From: Patescibacteria group bacterium
Lineage (GTDB): Bacteria; Patescibacteriota; Patescibacteriia; JAHIZJ01
Direction of reading: 5' to 3'
DNA: 37,930 bases
Assembly: GCA_041661625.1 (NCBI GenBank)
Contig: JBAZUB010000004.1
Span: forward strand, 1-37,930
The position numbers and the translations under genes were made by a program. The notes under the pieces are model-generated. The model saw nothing but the letters and a program-made list of their open reading frames with translations, made no database searches and was not told the origin of the DNA. This document shows positions 33,330-37,930 of this stretch, piece by piece (within the stretch, counting starts at the first letter, position 1; each line of letters opens with the position of its first letter).

Positions 33330-33539
33330 TTAGGCAACCCGAAGGCCGTCAGGCTTTGGGTCGGAGCCTGCGGAAGCAGGCGTAGCCGGGTTGCCGATTG
33401 TTGTAAGAAGTAAAACCGCCCGCTCCTTTTTCTTTAAATATTGTCTGATTCTTTTCCATGTATTTTTACAACGGCTCTTTAAATAGGTCGTTCCTGCAAT
33501 GCAACACACTCTTATAATTGGACACTCTCCACAATTCAT
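33330..33539 (-). CDS. Small Cys-rich hypothetical protein
   Basis: 69 aa from ATG 33539 (ATGA overlap): MNCGECPIIRVCCIAGTTYLKSRCKN.. Confidence 0.4.
   Translation of the reverse strand: MNCGECPIIRVCCIAGTTYLKSRCKNTWKRIRQYLKKKERAVLLLTTIGNPATPASAGSDPKPDGLRVA
33400..33423. repeat. IR5 left arm (pairs with 33825..33848)
   Basis: GTTGTAAGAAGTAAAACCGCCCGC matches the reverse complement of the right arm, GTTGTGTGAAATAAAACCGCCCGC, at 21 of 24 positions. Confidence 0.65.
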
Positions 33540-33790
33540 ACCCTCAGCTCCCATTTATCTACATTGCTAAAATGGATACAGCCGTGACAAGTCAAGCAAT
33601 CTTTTGTTTCGTATTCTCTTTGGTCGAACCAACGACAATCCGGGCACGATTTTGGAATATACAGGTTTTCTTTTATTATATCCAAAGCGGCCCTATCCAT
33701 TACATACAGTTCATCTTTATCTCCATAGGCTACAAGTTTAGCGTGAATCGAACCTTCAAAGACTTCTACTGCCTCTTGTAATGTTTTCAT
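33536..33790 (-). CDS. Small Cys-rich hypothetical protein
   Basis: 84 aa with RBS GGAGG (..SCPDCRWF..CLTCHGCIHF..), preceded by the conserved leader module. Confidence 0.5.
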   Translation of the reverse strand: MKTLQEAVEVFEGSIHAKLVAYGDKDELYVMDRAALDIIKENLYIPKSCPDCRWFDQREYETKDCLTCHGCIHFSNVDKWELRV

Positions 33791-33824
33791 TTATTTCCTC
33801 CGAGGGCTTGCCCGCGTTTGTCTT

Positions 33825-33848
33825 GCGGGCGGTTTTATTTCACACAAC
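33825..33848. repeat. IR5 right arm (pairs with 33400..33423)
   Basis: GCGGGCGGTTTTATTTCACACAAC, in the leader of the 33536..33790 gene. Confidence 0.65.
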
Positions 33849-33921
33849 GGCTGCCGCACCTGACGGACAATCCATAATCAATTTGCTCCGGCAGGTTCGC
33901 CCGAAGGCCCGTCCTCGGGCT

Positions 33922-34311
33922 TTACGGCTGCGGCTTGTTGTGTGATGTTTTGGCCGCTTCTTTGTCTTGCGCCGCTGGCTTTAATTCTTCAATCCAAGCG
34001 TTCGCGAGACCCATCAACGCCTCTGGTATTTTGGCATCACTCACAGCGTTGACCATTTTTGGCGTGACATAGATGATGGCCGCTTTCTTTGTGTTTGGAA
34101 CAAGCGTAATCGGAATAATAAGAATTAAAGAGAAGTAGATAAGTCGCTTCATCCAGTGTGCATATTGGTCCCGGCGATCTTGTTCCCAATCACCAAACAC
34201 CAAGGCAAGTCCGAGAACACCAGCGGCAATAATAGAAAGCCAGAAAACAACATTCAGGGCCATCGACAGATCGTCGAGCATCACGATAATGTAGACGAAT
34301 AATCCAGACAT
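33922..34311 (-). CDS. Membrane protein (2-3 predicted helices)
   Basis: 129 aa with RBS AAGGAG. Hydrophobic runs include LFVYIIVML, VVFWLSIIAAGVLGLALVF and LIYFSLILIIPITLV. The C-terminal tail ..TSHNKPQP is encoded by a repeat element. Confidence 0.5.
   Translation of the reverse strand: MSGLFVYIIVMLDDLSMALNVVFWLSIIAAGVLGLALVFGDWEQDRRDQYAHWMKRLIYFSLILIIPITLVPNTKKAAIIYVTPKMVNAVSDAKIPEALMGLANAWIEELKPAAQDKEAAKTSHNKPQP
33937..33957. repeat. IR6 left arm (pairs with 34354..34374)
   Basis: GTTGTGTGA-TG-TTTTGGCCGC against the reverse complement of the right arm, GTTGTGTGA-AA-TTTTGGCCGC (19 of 21 positions). Confidence 0.7.
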
Positions 34312-34353
34312 TTTTTCTCCTTTGTTTTCGCCTTTAGCGGCGCTCTTTGTTTT

Positions 34354-34374
34354 GCGGCCAAAATTTCACACAAC
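34354..34374. repeat. IR6 right arm (pairs with 33937..33957)
   Basis: GCGGCCAAAATTTCACACAAC, in the leader of the 33922..34311 gene. Confidence 0.7.
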
Positions 34375-34376
34375 GG

Positions 34377-34730
34377 TCAACGCACTTTTGCGACTCTCCA
34401 TAATTTTTTTAAGGAGCAAAAGAACGCCCGAAGTTTTGCACCAATCCAATAAATAAATTTAAGTACAAAATTTACGGGCTGCGTGTTGTTGGGCGCTGAT
34501 GCTTGCTCTGCCTTTGCGGGCGGCTCTTTCTTAATTGGAGCGGTAGTGGTAATTGTGGTAAACGCCGATTCAGGGCAGCGATGATGATATTTATTTATGT
34601 GGCGCGTACCATAACCGCCAATTCTATCGGGACACCAACAGCCACCGCAAGGCTCTGTTTTCTTTGTTCCACAAACCGGACAGGCAACGCGCCCATCAGA
34701 ATCAAGCATATCATATTCTTCTTTTAGCAT
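34377..34730 (-). CDS. Zinc-binding N-terminal / hydrophobic C-terminal hypothetical protein
   Basis: 117 aa from ATG 34730 (leader GGAAAGGCAAA): ..ACPVCGTKKTEPCGGCWCP..HHRCP.. followed by ..FVLKFIYWIGAKLRAFF. Confidence 0.45.
   Translation of the reverse strand: MLKEEYDMLDSDGRVACPVCGTKKTEPCGGCWCPDRIGGYGTRHINKYHHRCPESAFTTITTTAPIKKEPPAKAEQASAPNNTQPVNFVLKFIYWIGAKLRAFFCSLKKLWRVAKVR
34488..34508. repeat. IR7 left arm (pairs with 34759..34779)
   Basis: GTTGGGCGC-TG-ATGCTTGCTC against the reverse complement of the right arm, GTTGGGCGC-AA-ATGCTTGCTC (19 of 21 positions). Confidence 0.7.
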
Positions 34731-34758
34731 TTTGCCTTTCCGCCCGCTCTTCTGTCTT

Positions 34759-34779
34759 GAGCAAGCATTTGCGCCCAAC
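34759..34779. repeat. IR7 right arm (pairs with 34488..34508)
   Basis: GAGCAAGCATTTGCGCCCAAC, in the leader of the 34377..34730 gene. Confidence 0.7.
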
Positions 34780-34859
34780 TTGTCCCATCACGCAATATAT
34801 CGCACTCGCAACATATCGCGCACGCCTTTTAGGTTACTCATTTGAACAGCTCCATTTGT

Positions 34860-35714
34860 TTAAGTGTCCAGACCCTCGCCAGCAGGACGGTCTTCTCTTG
34901 GCACGTAATATCCACCAAGGGCCTGCCGTATCTCTTCCGGTGTTGCAACCGGTCCATTGTCTATATCGTTAGGGTTTTGGTATCGCGGGCCATAGGATGC
35001 CTGAGGTGGTGGTGGCGGCGGCTCGTCTTCCCATCGGCGCTGATTGATGTAGGTTGCAGGCATTGGGATAAATTGGCCGTGTTCTTTGGTCCACTGTTCG
35101 GACTTGACCTGCCACTGAAGGGCCGATATGATATTCAATACGGTTTCAACCGGGCATTTAATTTTCAGCCATGCCTTTTCTGCGGCTCCCTTCCCGGTCT
35201 TTTTTGGATATGCTTTCCAAAACTGTTCAAACGGCAACCCCCCCTTGGGGGGTGTGGGGGGTATTATCTTTTCTTTTCTTTCCTCTACTCTACTCTCCTT
35301 TACTCTACTTTCCCCCATTGTTTGGGGATTGTTTGGGGATTGTTCGCCTAACAACTCTTTTTTGCGATAATTAATGGCATATTCTCGCTCTTTGGAAACT
35401 TCAGCTATTCTTTTTCGTACTCCGTTTGAAGTATAGACACCCCTTGAAATTTCGACTAAAAGGCCAAGCTGGATACAATCGGCAATTATCTTGGTTTGTT
35501 GTTCGGGAGATAGTCGGGCATTGTTAGCCGATAAATCCCCAAACAATCCGTTTAGGTTGACTTCTCCATGTTCTGTTTTATAGGCAGACTGCCAAAATTT
35601 CAAAATCCATACAAGGCCATTATTACCATGCAGTGTTTCTAATGCTTGAATTTGCTCGTTAAACGTGACATCCAGCGGAAAATAATCAAGACCTATTTTT
35701 TTAGAGCGTGCCAT
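34860..35714 (-). CDS. Replication initiation / replisome-organiser protein (DUF4373-like N-terminal domain)
   Basis: 284 aa. The N-terminus KKIGLDYFPLDVTFNEQIQALETLHGNNGLVWILKFW and the central FEQFWKAYPKKTGKGAAEKAWLK are patterns recalled from phage replication initiators. This is the first gene of the leftward block. Confidence 0.65.
   Translation of the reverse strand: MARSKKIGLDYFPLDVTFNEQIQALETLHGNNGLVWILKFWQSAYKTEHGEVNLNGLFGDLSANNARLSPEQQTKIIADCIQLGLLVEISRGVYTSNGVRKRIAEVSKEREYAINYRKKELLGEQSPNNPQTMGESRVKESRVEERKEKIIPPTPPKGGLPFEQFWKAYPKKTGKGAAEKAWLKIKCPVETVLNIISALQWQVKSEQWTKEHGQFIPMPATYINQRRWEDEPPPPPPQASYGPRYQNPNDIDNGPVATPEEIRQALGGYYVPREDRPAGEGLDT
35238..35344. repeat. Iteron-like repeats plus a G/C-tract palindrome inside the replication gene (ori candidate)
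   Basis: Three elements are present: the tract C7-TT-G6-TGT-G6 (35238-35261), TACTC/TACTCTAC repeats (35283-35310), and the tandem 11-mer ATTGTTTGGGG x2 with a partial third copy (35317-35344). Confidence 0.5.
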
Positions 35715-35833
35715 AAATGCCTTAAAAAAGGGTTATCCTGGGGGGATCGGCAAGAAACACCCAGGACAAGGACCGAGGCTTGCGCTTACGGTTAACCCAA
35801 CGTTACAAAGGAGGATTGCCGATCCATGCCCTT

Positions 35834-35862
35834 AATATACTATTCTCGATTTCGGAGAGCAA
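35834..35862 (-). promoter_or_regulatory. Sigma70-like promoter for the leftward early block
   Basis: On the minus strand: TTGCTC (35862-35857), 17 nt, then TATATT (35839-35834), followed by AAGGGC and an ATG at 35827. Confidence 0.45.
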
Positions 35863-35905
35863 ATCTTATTTTCGTAAACCGTGAGAATTATTAAATGGCA
35901 TGGAT

Positions 35906-35934
35906 TTGCAAAACTAGCCCAATTAGATTATATT
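35906..35934 (+). promoter_or_regulatory. Sigma70-like rightward promoter
   Basis: TTGCAA (35906-35911), 17 nt, then TATATT (35929-35934). An ATG lies at 35941, 6 nt downstream, and opens a 37-codon ORF that ends at 36054. Confidence 0.4.
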
Positions 35935-36011
35935 ACCCCCATGTGGTATACATACCGCCAACAGGTCGGCCATCACGGGCGCATCGCCTTAGTGGTGGCC
36001 TTCCGCTTTTG

Positions 36012-36045
36012 GGACAGAACTGTCCAACCTAGGACAAAGCTGTCC
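36012..36045. promoter_or_regulatory. Two 14-bp inverted-repeat operator/activator sites (GGACA-N4-TGTCC) upstream of the terS promoter
   Basis: GGACAGAACTGTCC (36012-36025) and GGACAAAGCTGTCC (36032-36045) have centres 20 bp apart. A degenerate third site, TGACTTTTTTGTCC (36052-36065), overlaps the -35 element. Confidence 0.6.
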
Positions 36046-36050
36046 AAGCC

Positions 36051-36079
36051 TTGACTTTTTTGTCCGGATAGTTTATAAT
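36051..36079 (+). promoter_or_regulatory. Near-consensus sigma70-like promoter of the packaging/structural block, giving a leaderless terS mRNA
   Basis: TTGACT (36051-36056), 17 nt, then TATAAT (36074-36079). The terS ATG at 36087 lies 7 nt after the -10 element and has no SD sequence. Confidence 0.6.
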
Positions 36080-36086
36080 AGTATTA

Positions 36087-36506
36087 ATGGCGGACTCCTA
36101 CAACATCGAACAGGTAAAGAAGTCGCTTGTCGAAGCGATGAAATCTCATCGTTGTAATATCTCAAAATCTTGTGAAGCCGTAGGCGTTCAGCGCTCCACG
36201 TTTTATTCCTACCTCAAAGAAGACCCCGCGTTTAAGCAGGCCATCGAGGATTGCACAGAGGCCAGCATCGACCACGTTGAAGACCGGCTCATGGATAACA
36301 TTGACGGAGGCGATACCGGGTCGATTTGCTTTTACCTCAAGTGCAAGGCCAAGCATCGCGGCTATATCGAGCGCTCCGAATATCGCATAGGGCAAGACGC
36401 GGACGCGCCCGCGCTTATCCCAGAGTCTCTTGTGGCCCAAACCCTGACCGCCTTGATTGAGGCAGAAAAGAAACGGCTTGCCGCTGACAGCACCCCTAAC
36501 GCTTGA
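36087..36506 (+). CDS. terS: Terminase small subunit (HTH type)
   Basis: 139 aa. CNISKSCEAVGVQRSTFYSYLKEDPAFKQAIEDC is a typical terS HTH pattern, and the gene lies immediately upstream of terL. Confidence 0.75.
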   Translation: MADSYNIEQVKKSLVEAMKSHRCNISKSCEAVGVQRSTFYSYLKEDPAFKQAIEDCTEASIDHVEDRLMDNIDGGDTGSICFYLKCKAKHRGYIERSEYRIGQDADAPALIPESLVAQTLTALIEAEKKRLAADSTPNA

Positions 36507-36528
36507 TAAGGTCAAGGTTGCGGACGCT

Positions 36529-37930
36529 ATGCGGGCCGTCTACCTGGCCTCTCCGTATTTCTTAGGGCGTGAGGTGTTAGGCTATACCAAGTTCTGTGAG
36601 ACACAGCTTGAATGGTCTGAGTACGCGACCACCCTATTCAATCCCCGCGCTCCTAAGCGTACATGGTCACTTGTCCTGTCACCACGCGAAACCCTGAAGT
36701 CTACCTACTGGACCGTGACCTATGCCATTTGGCTACTGCTTAACAACCCTGACCTGACCATCCTGATTGTATCGGAGACGATAACCAACGCCGAAGCCTT
36801 CCTGCGTGAGATACGCGCCAAGCTGCAGAGCGAGCAATTCGTCAAAGTGTTTGGCAATATCGTAAACAAGAACCTGAACCGGGCGGACGCGCTAGACCTG
36901 ACAACCCGCAAGAACCACAGCAAGGAAGCTAACCTTGAGGCGGCAGGGCTAGGCAAGGCCATCACTGGCAGGCACTATGACGTGGTTATCGCGGATGATA
37001 TAGCTGGCGTCCAGGACAGGGACAGCGAGGCAAAGCGGGCCGTCACTATGGCCTTCCTGTCTGACATCGTGGACGTGCTTAAGAAGGAATGTGGCTTTCT
37101 CCAAATCATCGGAACGCGTTGGCATAGGGAAGACATCTATGCCCACATCAAGGATAAGCTGGCCCCTGACATGGAGCGGAAGGCTCTAGGCAAGTTCAAC
37201 ATTTGGGAGCGCCCGGCCCACGCGCCGGACGGCTCCCTTAACTTCCCCCGCCTGCTGCCCGAAGCCCGACTTCAGGAGCTTAAGACGGTCAAGCAGGGCA
37301 AGGACGGGATAGATATCACCACCTTCATGGCTCAATACGAACTCCTGCCCCTTGACCCGGCCACCCAAATATTCAAGACGCTTCACTTCGCCGACCATAA
37401 GGGGCTGAAATATTCAAAGCTCTCCCAATGGACTGACCCGGCCATGAAGGTTGAAAAGGACGCGGACTTCAGCGCCATCGTTGTCATCGGCAAGATAGCA
37501 GAGGGTGAGCATCATGGCAAGGAAATGGTCTTGTACGCCTCCCTTGATAAGCGCTCACCGACCAAGGTAGTGGCTGACCATAACCGCATCTATCGCATGG
37601 TACGGGAACAAAACCCGGACGTAGAATATCAGGTTGCTATGGAAGAGAACGGCTTTCAGGGGCTTAAGGATTTCGCCAAGGCCATGTCCCTACAGGACAG
37701 CGGTGAGGGCGTGCCGACCCGTGGGATAGCCAATACCGAAAATAAGGATTGCCGCATCAAGTCGCTTGAGCCTGCCGTTACGGGTGGCTTTGTTTTGTTC
37801 CGTGAGGATTGGGCGGACGCACCGGAGAACTACAAGATATTAATAGAGCAAATTCGCAATTATCCGCAATCGAAAAAAGATGGACCTGACGCACTTCAGG
37901 GCGCTCGAAAGCGGCTTAACAAAAGCGGAG
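36529..37930 (+). CDS. terL: Terminase large subunit (runs off the window end and continues at 1..141)
   Basis: Frame 1 is open from ATG 36529 to the window end, checked by hand over 36529-37020. Motifs include the P-loop-like LVLSPRETLKST, the Walker-B-like HYDVVIADDIAG, GTRWH, and the nuclease-like ..DPAMKVEKDADFSAIVVIG. The alternative TTG starts at 36457 and 36478 were not excluded. Confidence 0.85.
   Translation, partial: MRAVYLASPYFLGREVLGYTKFCETQLEWSEYATTLFNPRAPKRTWSLVLSPRETLKSTYWTVTYAIWLLLNNPDLTILIVSETITNAEAFLREIRAKLQSEQFVKVFGNIVNKNLNRADALDLTTRKNHSKEANLEAAGLGKAITGRHYDVVIADDIAGVQDRDSEAKRAVTMAFLSDIVDVLKKECGFLQIIGTRWHREDIYAHIKDKLAPDMERKALGKFNIWERPAHAPDGSLNFPRLLPEARLQELKTVKQGKDGIDITTFMAQYELLPLDPATQIFKTLHFADHKGLKYSKLSQWTDPAMKVEKDADFSAIVVIGKIAEGEHHGKEMVLYASLDKRSPTKVVADHNRIYRMVREQNPDVEYQVAMEENGFQGLKDFAKAMSLQDSGEGVPTRGIANTENKDCRIKSLEPAVTGGFVLFREDWADAPENYKILIEQIRNYPQSKKDGPDALQGARKRLNKSG
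37804..37930. repeat. Terminal direct repeat, an exact copy of 1..127
   Basis: Compared base by base with 1-127. Confidence 0.95.

Noticed and set aside
1-37930. CRISPR arrays, rRNA/tRNA genes, integrase or transposase genes, toxin-antitoxin pairs
   Set aside because: Reading both strands revealed no regularly spaced direct repeats, no structured RNA genes, no recombinase-like ORFs and no obvious TA pairs. For protein families, absence is by eye only.

Overview
The window is a complete tailed-phage genome of about 37.8 kb, given as a circularly permuted contig. Bases 1-127 are identical to 37804-37930, and this overlap lies inside the terminase large-subunit gene. The plus strand (36087, wrapping through the window end, to 18093) carries the packaging, structural and lysis genes. 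In order these are a leaderless terS, terL, a portal fused to a Mu-F/SPP1-gp7-type domain, an XkdF-like protease, a scaffold-like ORF and an HK97-type major capsid. A glycosyltransferase sits unexpectedly right after the capsid gene. Connector and neck genes follow (one fused to ConA-like and FN3 modules), then the major tail protein, a G/GT-type chaperone with an A10 -1 slippery run, the tape measure, distal-tail and fibre genes (one strongly AT-rich), a holin-like protein, an M15-type endolysin and a frameshifted DUF1353 gene. The minus strand (35714 down to 18090) starts with a replication initiator that has internal iterons. It continues with more than 12 small Cys-rich ORFs, a beta-class DNA methyltransferase, a NinG/HNH-like gene, an HTH gene, a possible SSB and a divergent Cro-like/RHH switch. 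It ends in a 10-gene, translationally coupled operon: four glycosyltransferase genes (one a double GT), three radical-SAM enzymes (one B12-binding), a minimal split transketolase, a Vat/XAT-type acetyltransferase and a 75-aa Cys-rich peptide. I saw no integrase, tRNA, CRISPR array or reverse transcriptase. Two observations stand out. (1) The glycosyltransferase/radical-SAM/ThDP operon and the capsid-adjacent GT share a C-terminal domain, which suggests a cytoplasmic (virion, peptide or DNA) glycan-tailoring system. (2) Seven non-overlapping inverted-repeat pairs with pair-specific (co-varying) cores and a conserved central mismatch bracket early cistrons, including the regulatory switch. All family assignments come from motifs recognised by eye. 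No database search was run.
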